From assembly GCA_035705395.1 (NCBI GenBank), contig DASSWC010000243.1:1-44289 (forward strand): a stretch of 44,289 nucleotides of DNA. Reading direction: 5' to 3'. A program made the translations under genes and the position numbers. This DNA is from Pricia sp. Its GTDB lineage: Bacteria > Bacteroidota > Bacteroidia > Flavobacteriales > Flavobacteriaceae. Of the stretch, positions 27,669 to 36,514 are shown in pieces. Below the pieces are notes generated by a model. The model was not told where the DNA came from and searched no databases. It saw nothing but the letters and a program-made list of their open reading frames with translations. Within the stretch, counting starts at the first letter, position 1. Every line of letters begins with the position of its first letter.

Positions 27669-29234
27669 CTACCACACGCTTTTTACCGCATTCACGGAAA
27701 AATCCGTACACGTCAAAACCGTATCGGAAGGGTTCGAAAGTTTCAAGCTAGTGTAGTCCCCTGTCGGAAAAATTTGTGCGGTCATAGCGTATTGACCTTT
27801 GTTCAGGAAGATTTCGATCGAAGAGCGATCTATTAGCACACGTACCTCGTAATACCCATCCGGTAGGTCTGGAACGGGCATGATTTGCATGCCCGCGCCA
27901 AAATCTTCCTGAAAGTCCGTTTTCCCGGATTCGGACCTGTCCAATGTAAATTCCCTGCTATCGCCGTTCATGGTCAAAACCAGCACTTCGCCCGCCTCAT
28001 TGCCTAAGGTCAACCGGAAGTCGCGGGCGGATGTCGTAAAGCGTATTTCCGATGTCATCGAAACATCCGTCGAAATTACCTCTTGACCCTCGGCCGGAAT
28101 ATTCAAATCCCTTTGATTCCCTTCCGAAATCAGGCCATCCAGATTTTCAATGGGATAATTACACAACGCATACCCGTCGGATACCTTCCGCAAGGTCAAT
28201 TTTCTCGGTAGCGTCATGGCTCCGCGCCAAGGCTCGGTCGGTGTTTTTTCGGCATACTGCCAGTTGCTCATCCATCCCATAAAAATGGATTTTCCGACGG
28301 GTGTGTTGCTGAAGGTCACCCCAGCGTAATTGTCCGTGCCCCAATCGATCCATCGGTTATCGGTCTGGTCGGTGGTAAAGGTTTTACCGTCGAAATCCCC
28401 CACAAAATACTGGGTACCGCTTCCCCCGTTAGGCGCCCCGGGATTGATACTGATCAGTAGCACCCACTTTTCTTCGTCGCTGCCCTCCACTTGAAGCGGG
28501 AACAGATCGGGACATTCCCACACCCCGCCGTGGGCACCCCGGTCCTTTCCGAATTCCCCCAGCAACTCCCAATCCTTTAGATTTGTGGAACCGTAAAATT
28601 CGGCGTGGTCGCCCGCGACCAGGCTCATAATCCATTTCTGGCCGGCACCGTACCAAAAAACCTTGGGATCTCTGAAGTCCGTTGCACTTTCATCCTTGAT
28701 CACGGGGTTGCCATCATATTTCGTCCAGGTTTCGCCCTTATCCACGCTGTAGGCGATGCCCTGGGTTTCAAAACCGGTCTCCCCCCCGGCCTTCTTTTCC
28801 GCATTGTGATAGGTGAAAATAGCTACAAGGGGCGGATTTTCTTCGGTTCCGAAACCTGAGCTGTTGTTTTTATCGACCACTGCACTTCCCGAAAAAATAT
28901 AGCCATTTTCATCGGGATACAGGGCTATCGGCCGGTGCTGCCAATGCAACAGGTCTTTACTGACGGCATGCCCCCAGTGCATAGGGCCCCAAACCGTACT
29001 ATCGGGATAATATTGATAGAACAAGTGGTAGGTGCCCTGATGGAATACCATCCCATTGGGATCGTTCATCCATTGCGTTTCGGGGGAAAAATGGAACTGG
29101 GGCCGGAATGTCTCGGAATACCGCCCTGAATTCGTGCTCTTGGCCATGGGCGCTTGCTGTTTTTTGTGGGACTTACAGGTCGCCAAAATTACGGCAACCA
29201 AAAGAAATAGCATCCATGTAGCGGTAAGCTTCAT
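27669..29234 (-). CDS. GH32 levanase / beta-fructofuranosidase lipoprotein
   Basis: WMNDPNG, WGHAVS, FSGS, FRDP, WECPD; lipobox ILATC. Confidence 0.95.
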   Translation of the reverse strand: MKLTATWMLFLLVAVILATCKSHKKQQAPMAKSTNSGRYSETFRPQFHFSPETQWMNDPNGMVFHQGTYHLFYQYYPDSTVWGPMHWGHAVSKDLLHWQHRPIALYPDENGYIFSGSAVVDKNNSSGFGTEENPPLVAIFTYHNAEKKAGGETGFETQGIAYSVDKGETWTKYDGNPVIKDESATDFRDPKVFWYGAGQKWIMSLVAGDHAEFYGSTNLKDWELLGEFGKDRGAHGGVWECPDLFPLQVEGSDEEKWVLLISINPGAPNGGSGTQYFVGDFDGKTFTTDQTDNRWIDWGTDNYAGVTFSNTPVGKSIFMGWMSNWQYAEKTPTEPWRGAMTLPRKLTLRKVSDGYALCNYPIENLDGLISEGNQRDLNIPAEGQEVISTDVSMTSEIRFTTSARDFRLTLGNEAGEVLVLTMNGDSREFTLDRSESGKTDFQEDFGAGMQIMPVPDLPDGYYEVRVLIDRSSIEIFLNKGQYAMTAQIFPTGDYTSLKLSNPSDTVLTCTDFSVNAVKSVW

Positions 29235-29412
29235 ATTGTATTGTATTAAATTGAAAGGTGCGGGAATGGGGCAAGCCATCTTGCACTCCAATATAGTCTT
29301 TTTTTGCCTTCAAGGCCAAACACGCAACGACTTCATTATCTTTGTTACGGTAGAAGCAAAACATGAAATTTCTTTTAGGGTCGTGCACCCTACCCTAATG
29401 CATACCTTGTAA

Positions 29413-30090
29413 ATGGGCATCATCAACCAAAAACAGCACCAACACGACAAAAAGACCATCCATTTTACGTTGGCCGCGTCGAAGGAGCTTTTGCTTATTT
29501 TTGCCCGCAATCCGACACTCGGCCAATGCAAGACCCGGTTGGCCGCGACCGTTGGCGACCAAGCCGCTTTGGATATTTATACTTTTTTGCTCGACCATAC
29601 CGCATCCATCACGAAAAACCTCAATGCCGCCAAGCAAGTCTGGTATTCGGAGGTTATAGGGGAGGACGATATTTGGGAGGATGCCTTTTACGACAAAAGA
29701 TTGCAAAAGGGAAAGCATCTAGGCATCCGGATGGCCAATGCCTTTCAAGCGGGATTCGCATCGGGTTACGAGCGTATCGCAATCATCGGAAGCGATATAT
29801 TCGACCTCAAGCAAAGAGACCTGGAAAATGCATTCGACCAGCTCAAGGAGAACGATTTTGTGCTAGGTCCGGCAGTAGACGGCGGGTATTACCTCTTGGG
29901 CATGAAAACCTTCAAGCCCCAGCTTTTTCGGGACAAGGATTGGGGCCGAGATACCGTCTTGGAAGACACGCTCAAGGACCTGAACGACGAAAGGTACGCG
30001 GTATTGGAAGCGCGCAACGATGTCGATATCTATGAGGATATAAAGGATGTCGCGGCCTTTAGGCACTTCTTAAAACACATCGAAAAATGA
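29413..30090 (+). CDS. TIGR04282/DUF2064 family transferase (CofC-like GT-A fold; 'arsenosugar biosynthesis glycosyltransferase' family)
   Basis: IFARNP..CKTRLA, QKGKHLGIRM, IIGSD, VLGPAVDGGYYLLG, DVD..ED. Confidence 0.88.
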   Translation: MGIINQKQHQHDKKTIHFTLAASKELLLIFARNPTLGQCKTRLAATVGDQAALDIYTFLLDHTASITKNLNAAKQVWYSEVIGEDDIWEDAFYDKRLQKGKHLGIRMANAFQAGFASGYERIAIIGSDIFDLKQRDLENAFDQLKENDFVLGPAVDGGYYLLGMKTFKPQLFRDKDWGRDTVLEDTLKDLNDERYAVLEARNDVDIYEDIKDVAAFRHFLKHIEK

Positions 30091-30902
30091 CACAGCGACA
30101 GCTCGACGAATCCACCGCACACCTAAGGGAAAAAGGATTCGACGCCCCTGAAATCGGCATCGTTCTTGGCACGGGCCTTGGGAAACTGGCCGAAGCCATC
30201 GAAGATCCCGTCACGGCGCATTACAACCATATTCCCTTTTTTCCGTTGGCCACGGTGGAATTCCACACCGGGAAGCTGCTCTACGGCACACTCGAAGGCA
30301 AAAAGACCGTAGTTATGAACGGGCGGTTTCATCTTTATGAAGGCTACGATTTTCTGGATGTTACATACCCCATTCGGGTGATGCACCAACTGGGCATCGA
30401 AAAACTCTTTATCAGCAATGCTTCCGGTGCCATCAATCCCGATTTCGGGATCGGCGACCTGATGCTGATTGAGGACCATATCAATTTGCAGGGCGGCTCG
30501 CCCCTGGCCTTTAGGAACGTTGCCCGGTTCGGAACCCGGTTCACCGATATGGCGGAGCCCTACGACCCAAAAATGCGTAAACTATTGGCCGAAATCGCCG
30601 AAAGGGAAAACATCACCTTACAACGCGGTGTTTATGCCTCCGTGGTGGGTCCCCAATTGGAAACCAAGGCCGAGTACCGCATGCTGAAAATGATAGGGGC
30701 CGATGCGGTCGGTATGAGTACCGTACCCGAGGTCATTGTCGCCAACCACCTCGACCTGCCCGTAGTCGCCGTATCGGTACTGACGGACGGTTGCGATCCC
30801 GACAACCTACAGCCCGTAGATATTCAGGCGATTCTTGCCGTGGCAGAAAAAGCGGAACCCCGAATGGTCAAGTTGTTTCGGGAGTTGATCAGGGCATTAT
30901 AG
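30087..30902 (+). CDS. Purine-nucleoside phosphorylase (trimeric PNP/MTAP family)
   Basis: IVLGTGLG, GRFHLYEG, NASGA, DHIN, GPQLETKAE, GADAVGMSTVPE. Confidence 0.93.
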   Translation: MTQRQLDESTAHLREKGFDAPEIGIVLGTGLGKLAEAIEDPVTAHYNHIPFFPLATVEFHTGKLLYGTLEGKKTVVMNGRFHLYEGYDFLDVTYPIRVMHQLGIEKLFISNASGAINPDFGIGDLMLIEDHINLQGGSPLAFRNVARFGTRFTDMAEPYDPKMRKLLAEIAERENITLQRGVYASVVGPQLETKAEYRMLKMIGADAVGMSTVPEVIVANHLDLPVVAVSVLTDGCDPDNLQPVDIQAILAVAEKAEPRMVKLFRELIRAL

Positions 30903-30906
30903 CAAC

Positions 30907-31962
30907 CTACCTCTCCTCGTAATCCAGTAAAATCCCTTCCGCTATCCATTTCGCCAGGGCCTGCCGGTTTTGGGGAATTAGAATACGGCGTTGGTCCTTT
31001 CTGTTGCGGATGTTCCCCACCTCGATAAAGGTCATGGCAGGATGGGTCATTCTGACCATATACAACCCAGTACGGTCTTCGAAGGTGCCGGAATACACCC
31101 GGTTCGGCTGGTATTTTTTATAGTTTTTCTCGAAGGTCTTGTGGATGCACTCCGAAAGTCGCTTGCCATTTTTGCTATTTTCGTGATGGTAGAAAAATAC
31201 ATCGATATTCTGGCCGACACTCCGGCTATCGATATGGGTCACGATCAAGCGCTGGTAAAGTCCCTTGTGTTTTCGGTACCGATCGTTCACAATATCCACC
31301 CGCTGTTTCAAACGTTTGACCTGGTTCAATGGAATCGGCTGGTCAAGGTAAGCCTCCTCGTCATGATCGATCTCAAGGATACGGTCGTCGCGGATACCGT
31401 CGTTCCCATCACGGATAATGACGTATACCCTGGCCCCATGGGCGATGAGCTCCCGGGCCAAACGCAGGGTGATGTCATAGGCGTATTCGTCTTCGGGGAT
31501 GGCCTTGCCGCCTGACATGCCCAGGGCACCGGGATCGGGCCCCCCGTGACCGGAGACCAGATAGTACACCGTGCCCGCAAGGCGATCGCTTTTAATGAGG
31601 ACGGTGGAATGGGCTGCCCCTAAAATAGGGATTTCACGGGTCTTTATATCTTCTACCTCAGTTGATTTGCTTCGGATGGAATCCACCACCTCGACCGTAT
31701 CGAGATCGGCTGGCGGAATACGGTACTCGCGGCCCGCATAGAGGTGAACGCTATCCCGCAGGTTTTCCCTGTTCATGGCAATAAACTCATCGTAGTAGTC
31801 ATAGGGGTCTACGCCTTGTTTCCGCAAAAGCGACAGGATGCCATCGCCCGTTTGGGCGACCACGGTCAGGCCCGAATCCTGGGAACGGGACGGCAAACAC
31901 ATTCCCAAAAACAGGAACAGGATGCCGATGCTTCGGTTTCGAAAAAGAAGATCAAATTGCAT
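30907..31962 (-). CDS. N-acetylmuramoyl-L-alanine amidase (Amidase_3) with LysM-like N-terminal region
   Basis: SGHGGPDPGA, EDEYAYD, HIDS, FIEVGNI; GDGILSLLR..LYAGREYRIP. Confidence 0.88.
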   Translation of the reverse strand: MQFDLLFRNRSIGILFLFLGMCLPSRSQDSGLTVVAQTGDGILSLLRKQGVDPYDYYDEFIAMNRENLRDSVHLYAGREYRIPPADLDTVEVVDSIRSKSTEVEDIKTREIPILGAAHSTVLIKSDRLAGTVYYLVSGHGGPDPGALGMSGGKAIPEDEYAYDITLRLARELIAHGARVYVIIRDGNDGIRDDRILEIDHDEEAYLDQPIPLNQVKRLKQRVDIVNDRYRKHKGLYQRLIVTHIDSRSVGQNIDVFFYHHENSKNGKRLSECIHKTFEKNYKKYQPNRVYSGTFEDRTGLYMVRMTHPAMTFIEVGNIRNRKDQRRILIPQNRQALAKWIAEGILLDYEER

Positions 31963-32069
31963 TCGAGGAACGGGTTTCACGCAACAAATCAAAAATTGGG
32001 CCTAAATATTTGGTTCAATAGGGCAGACGACCGATTTTAAGGAATATCGAAACTGCGGTCGTTTGTATG

Positions 32070-32098
32070 CAAAATTAAAAAAGCCTTCCGTAATTTTG
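32070..32098. promoter_or_regulatory. Back-to-back divergent Bacteroidota -7 promoter boxes
   Basis: TAATTTTG on minus (32070-32077) and on plus (32091-32098). Confidence 0.65.
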
Positions 32099-32170
32099 CG
32101 GACACCTAAAGAATTTAGTTAACGGGGTAATCAACAATCCTTTTTCACCTGAACGAAAGTCCATCCGACT

Positions 32171-32989
32171 ATGAAGCCTTCCATTTTTATGCTATGCCTG
32201 ACCGTAATGGTATTCCTGTCTTCCTGTAAGACCGACCCTAAAAACAAAAATGTCGCATCCGATACCATACAGGCCACTTCCCAAAAAAACGACAGCCCAT
32301 CCAAAGCACAGGAAAGGGACAAGGCGGATAGCCTTATTACCGAAACCGTTGCCGCACATGGTGGCGCGTTATATGACAAGGCCCACTACAAATTTGGGTT
32401 CAGGGACAAACACTATACCTTTCAGAATAAAAATGGAGGCTTTATCTACACCGTTACCGGCCAGAAAGACGGCAATGAAATCCGCGATGTGCTCGAAAAA
32501 GGAATCCTGACCCGGACGGTAAACGGGGACACGGCCGAACTATCGCCCAAGGATGTGGTCAAGTATACCGAGGCCCTGAATTCCGTGGTCTATTTTGCCA
32601 CGCTGCCCCATAAGTTGCAGGATGCGGCGGTCAATAGCAGCTACGACGGCCGTACCACCATTAAGGGCCAAGACTATGATGTGATAACCGTTACTTTCGA
32701 CCCGGAAGGCGGCGGCAACGACCATCAGGATGAATTTCGGTATTGGATCAACGCCGATACCAAAACGATGGACTATCTCGCCTACAATTATGAAACCGAC
32801 GGTGGCGGCGTGCGGTTCCGGAGTGCCTATAATCCCCGCAACGTGGGCGGCATCCGGTTTCAGGATTATGTAAACTATGAGGCACCGATTGGCACGCCGC
32901 TAAAGGAGCTTCCCGAGCTTTATGAATCGGGGGATCTAAAAGAACTTTCGAGAATCGAGACGGAGGAAGTCGTCGAATTGGGCGAATGA
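32171..32989 (+). CDS. Uncharacterised lipoprotein (DUF6503-like)
   Basis: Lipobox LSSC, AHGG, LNSVVYFATLP, GGGNDHQD, DYLAY, GVRFR. Confidence 0.8.
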   Translation: MKPSIFMLCLTVMVFLSSCKTDPKNKNVASDTIQATSQKNDSPSKAQERDKADSLITETVAAHGGALYDKAHYKFGFRDKHYTFQNKNGGFIYTVTGQKDGNEIRDVLEKGILTRTVNGDTAELSPKDVVKYTEALNSVVYFATLPHKLQDAAVNSSYDGRTTIKGQDYDVITVTFDPEGGGNDHQDEFRYWINADTKTMDYLAYNYETDGGGVRFRSAYNPRNVGGIRFQDYVNYEAPIGTPLKELPELYESGDLKELSRIETEEVVELGE

Positions 32990-33042
32990 AATTTATAGCA
33001 CGATCGCGATCTCGTAGCTAACCAAATGACCCGATAGGACAT

Positions 33043-33648
33043 CTATCGTCCACCTTCGTACTTTTGGATCTCATAATTCAGTAATTTCTTTACACTCGCC
33101 CATTCTTGTTCGATTATCGAAAAAACAACGGTATCCCGACAACTCCCGTCGGCATTCAACCTGTGATTTCTTAAAATCCCATCTTGTTTTGCCCCAAGTC
33201 GGGCAATCGCCTCCCGGGAGCGCAGATTGTACCAATTCGTCAGAAATTGGACCGCCTTACAACCCAAGATTTCGAAAGCATGTTGTAACAAAAGGTATTT
33301 GCATTCCGTATTGACCCCGGTGCGTTGCTGTTTTTTCGCGTACCAGGTATATCCTATTTCCAGTCGCCTGTGTTCGGGCTTTAGATTGCAATATCGGGTC
33401 GAACCAATGATATCGCCGCTGTTTTTGTCCAACACCGCAAATGGAAACCCGGTTCCGATATGTTTTTGGTGAAAGGCCTGCTCAAGGTAATTATCAATAT
33501 TTGTGGCCGATGGAACCGAAGTAAACCACATTTCCCACAACTTGCCATCGGCTGCTGCTTTTAAAAGCCCTTCTTTATGGGATCCCACCAATGGGACCAG
33601 TTTCACGGTTTGTCCTTCCAGTTCTAATTTATTAATCCAATTCCCCAT
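33043..33648 (-). CDS. RimJ/RimL-type GNAT acetyltransferase
   Basis: IIGSTRY, LEIGYTW, RTGVNTECK, LGAKQDGILRNH, RDTVVFSI. Confidence 0.92.
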   Translation of the reverse strand: MGNWINKLELEGQTVKLVPLVGSHKEGLLKAAADGKLWEMWFTSVPSATNIDNYLEQAFHQKHIGTGFPFAVLDKNSGDIIGSTRYCNLKPEHRRLEIGYTWYAKKQQRTGVNTECKYLLLQHAFEILGCKAVQFLTNWYNLRSREAIARLGAKQDGILRNHRLNADGSCRDTVVFSIIEQEWASVKKLLNYEIQKYEGGR

Positions 33649-33690
33649 TTTGTTTATAATCGGTTACAATCCAATGAAATCAATACAATG

Positions 33691-33826
33691 TGGTACGCGT
33701 CCGGCGAATGGCGATCAATACGCTTTATAAAACTTGCCGAAGACCTCTTCCGCAGGCTTGGTACCCGTCCGGCGAACGGCGATCAATTCGCCTTATAAAA
33801 CTTCCGTAAGACCTCTTCCGCAGGCT
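33691..33826 (-). repeat. Tandem 68-bp imperfect duplication of the GH113 gene 3' end plus downstream DNA
   Basis: 33691-33758 versus 33759-33826, 7 mismatches. Confidence 0.92.
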
Positions 33827-34793
33827 TGTTCTGCGGGGTGAAACGGTTGTCTTTTGCACCGCCCGATGCATTATGATCGATAAACCACTTCCAGACATAG
33901 CCGCCGGCAAACCAGTTCTCCGGCCAGAATGCTTCCAAAATGGCCTTGGTGGCGTTCGCTTGGGCCTGTAAATTCACCGGTTGTTCGTGCCGGTCGACCA
34001 ACCAGGGTTTCCAGGCGGTCCTGTCCGTACTTCGGTAGCCATATTCGGTGAAAAGCACGGGTTTTGAACAGGTTTTCGAAAGGGACCTGATGTCATCCTT
34101 ATGTTCTTGCCATTCCTTTTTCAGCTGCGCCACTGAAGGCGTTTTTTCTTCGGATAACGGGAAATAGGCATCGATGCCGATATAATCCAGTTCTTGCCAG
34201 AAGGGCACCCGGGTGAATTCGTCCCAATTGGCGGCGTAGGTCAGCTTACCAAAATAGACCTTTCGTATCCCCGCGATAAGTCTTTTCCAGAAATCCGGAC
34301 GCATAAGTACGAACTGCTCCAGTTCGGTGCCGATACAGAACAGTTCCGAACCGGCCTCTTGGGCCATTTCAGCATAGGTGATAATGAATTTTTCGTAAGC
34401 GTTTTCAAGGACCTTCCAATCCGCCTCCGATTCCATTTTGAGGGTGCCGGTGAATTTCCCCTTCCTGATCCATAGTTGGGGTTTGACCATGGTCTTGATA
34501 CCGTTTTTGTGGAGCAGGGCGATACATTGCATGGCACCCTCCGTGGTCTCCCCGTACCATTGCCGGTCGGTATCGAAGATAATTTCGGGGGAATTGACAT
34601 CCCGTATAAAACCAAAGGGCATGACCGCCGCATGGTTGGCGTTGAGACGCACCACCTCGGCAACATGATCCGGTGCGACGGCTTCACGGCTGGCCACAAA
34701 ACTCACCCCGTTGATCTTTTCGGAGGCCTGCCCGGCGACCATAGGGGCGAAGGTCCAAAAAAGAAGATTAAAAAGTAGTAGGCATTTTTTCAT
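33783..34793 (-). CDS. Secreted GH113-type glycoside hydrolase (beta-mannanase family)
   Basis: MVKPQLW, CIGTEL, LTYAANWD, IGIDAYFPL, FTEYGY, WKW, FTPQNKPAE; signal peptide. Confidence 0.82.
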   Translation of the reverse strand: MKKCLLLFNLLFWTFAPMVAGQASEKINGVSFVASREAVAPDHVAEVVRLNANHAAVMPFGFIRDVNSPEIIFDTDRQWYGETTEGAMQCIALLHKNGIKTMVKPQLWIRKGKFTGTLKMESEADWKVLENAYEKFIITYAEMAQEAGSELFCIGTELEQFVLMRPDFWKRLIAGIRKVYFGKLTYAANWDEFTRVPFWQELDYIGIDAYFPLSEEKTPSVAQLKKEWQEHKDDIRSLSKTCSKPVLFTEYGYRSTDRTAWKPWLVDRHEQPVNLQAQANATKAILEAFWPENWFAGGYVWKWFIDHNASGGAKDNRFTPQNKPAEEVLRKFYKAN

Positions 34794-35034
34794 AATCGGG
34801 TTACTGATTTACAGATTACCTCGTAAAATAATGCGATATCCTACAAAAGAAACTAAAATTTTTGATTTGTTCATCAATTTATCCCGTAGTTGATGGGCGG
34901 TCAGAATCTCGCCTACCTAAATCGACCCGGAAAATTTATATTTGTTCTAAATGGATGCCAAAAATTAAGGTATTACCTTTAAGGCCGACAGAAATGGCAA
35001 CTGTTTATAACCTGGCAGAACACCTATTTAGTAC

Positions 35035-36426
35035 ATGGAACACATCGTCATTATCGGCAACGGCATATCCGGGGTTACGGCGGCCAGGCACATCCGCAAG
35101 CTTACCGGTCCCCCTGCCGGACCAAAAGACCCTGCTACCACACGGTCAGGCAAAAAAATCACCTTGATATCTTCCGAAACCGAACATTTCTTTTCCCGCA
35201 CAGCACTCATGTACGTTTATATGGGACATATGCGCTGGACGGATATCGAGCCCTACGAGCACTGGTTTTGGGAAAAGAACCATCTGGAGCTAAAAAAAGC
35301 CTACGTCGAACGCATCGATACGGAGGCCAAGACCCTGCATTTTTCCCAAGGAAAACCCATGCACTACGACAAACTGATCATTGCCACCGGATCCATCACC
35401 AACACCTTCGGATGGGATGGCCTTGAACTGGACGGGGTTCAGGGACTAATTTCCAAGCAGGACCTCGAACAGCTCGAGAAAAACGCCCCCAACAAAGAGG
35501 TGTGCCCCCGAGCCGTTATCGTAGGGGGGGGTCTCATCGGAGTCGAGATGGCTGAAATGCTGCGTACACGTGATATCGAGGTCACGATGCTGGTTCGGGA
35601 GGATGCGTTTTGGACGAACGTACTGCCCATGGGCGAGGCTGAAATGATCTCCCGCCACATTGCATCCCACGGGGTAGACCTGCGCCACAATGCCCATCTT
35701 GAAAAGATTTTGGGCGACGACAACGGAAGAGTGCGGGCCGTAACGACACAGGAAGGCGAGGAAATTCCCTGTCACATCGTGGGCATCACCACAGGGGTCA
35801 GACCGAACATCGGGTTTCTAAAAGACAGCGGGATCGCCACCGACAAAGGGGTTCTGGTCAACCGCAGGTTGGAGACCAACATCCCGGATGTCTACGCCAT
35901 CGGCGACTGTGCCCAGCAGCGCGAACCCATCGGTAACCGGCCACCGGTCGAGGCGGTCTGGTATACCGGAAGGATGATGGGCGAGGCCCTGGCCCAGACC
36001 ATCTGTGGCAATCCGTTGGACTACAGTCCCGGCCACTGGTTCAACAGCGCGAAATTTTTCGATATCGAATATCAGACCTACGGATGGGTACTTTCCGAGG
36101 AACGAAAAAGGGAGTACGAAGTATGTTTCCACTGGAGACATGACGACGACACCAAATGCATTACGATCGCCTATCACAAAAACGACCGAAAATTTTTGGG
36201 CATCAACACCTTCGGCATCCGGTTGCGGCATCAGGTAATCGACCGTTGGCTGACCGAAGAACGGGATGTCGATTATGTGATGGAATATTTTGGGGACGCC
36301 AATTTCGATCCGGAATTTTACGATACCTATGAACAGGATATTGTCGCGAAGTTCAATTCGGATCTCGGCAAAGCTATCCGTCCGAAAAAAAAGAGCTGGA
36401 AAAGACTATTGGGTCTAGGAGTGTGA
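35035..36426 (+). CDS. FAD/NAD(P)-dependent oxidoreductase (ferredoxin/rubredoxin reductase-like)
   Basis: IIGNGISG, IIATGS, IVGGGLIGVE, VYAIGDCA. Confidence 0.9.
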   Translation: MEHIVIIGNGISGVTAARHIRKLTGPPAGPKDPATTRSGKKITLISSETEHFFSRTALMYVYMGHMRWTDIEPYEHWFWEKNHLELKKAYVERIDTEAKTLHFSQGKPMHYDKLIIATGSITNTFGWDGLELDGVQGLISKQDLEQLEKNAPNKEVCPRAVIVGGGLIGVEMAEMLRTRDIEVTMLVREDAFWTNVLPMGEAEMISRHIASHGVDLRHNAHLEKILGDDNGRVRAVTTQEGEEIPCHIVGITTGVRPNIGFLKDSGIATDKGVLVNRRLETNIPDVYAIGDCAQQREPIGNRPPVEAVWYTGRMMGEALAQTICGNPLDYSPGHWFNSAKFFDIEYQTYGWVLSEERKREYEVCFHWRHDDDTKCITIAYHKNDRKFLGINTFGIRLRHQVIDRWLTEERDVDYVMEYFGDANFDPEFYDTYEQDIVAKFNSDLGKAIRPKKKSWKRLLGLGV

Positions 36427-36514
36427 GTTGTAGTAGGATAACCTACGATAGCGCACGATGTTAAAGTCGGCATAATTGGGGAAGTGTTTTCCCGATCAAT
36501 AAAGAAGGTATAAA

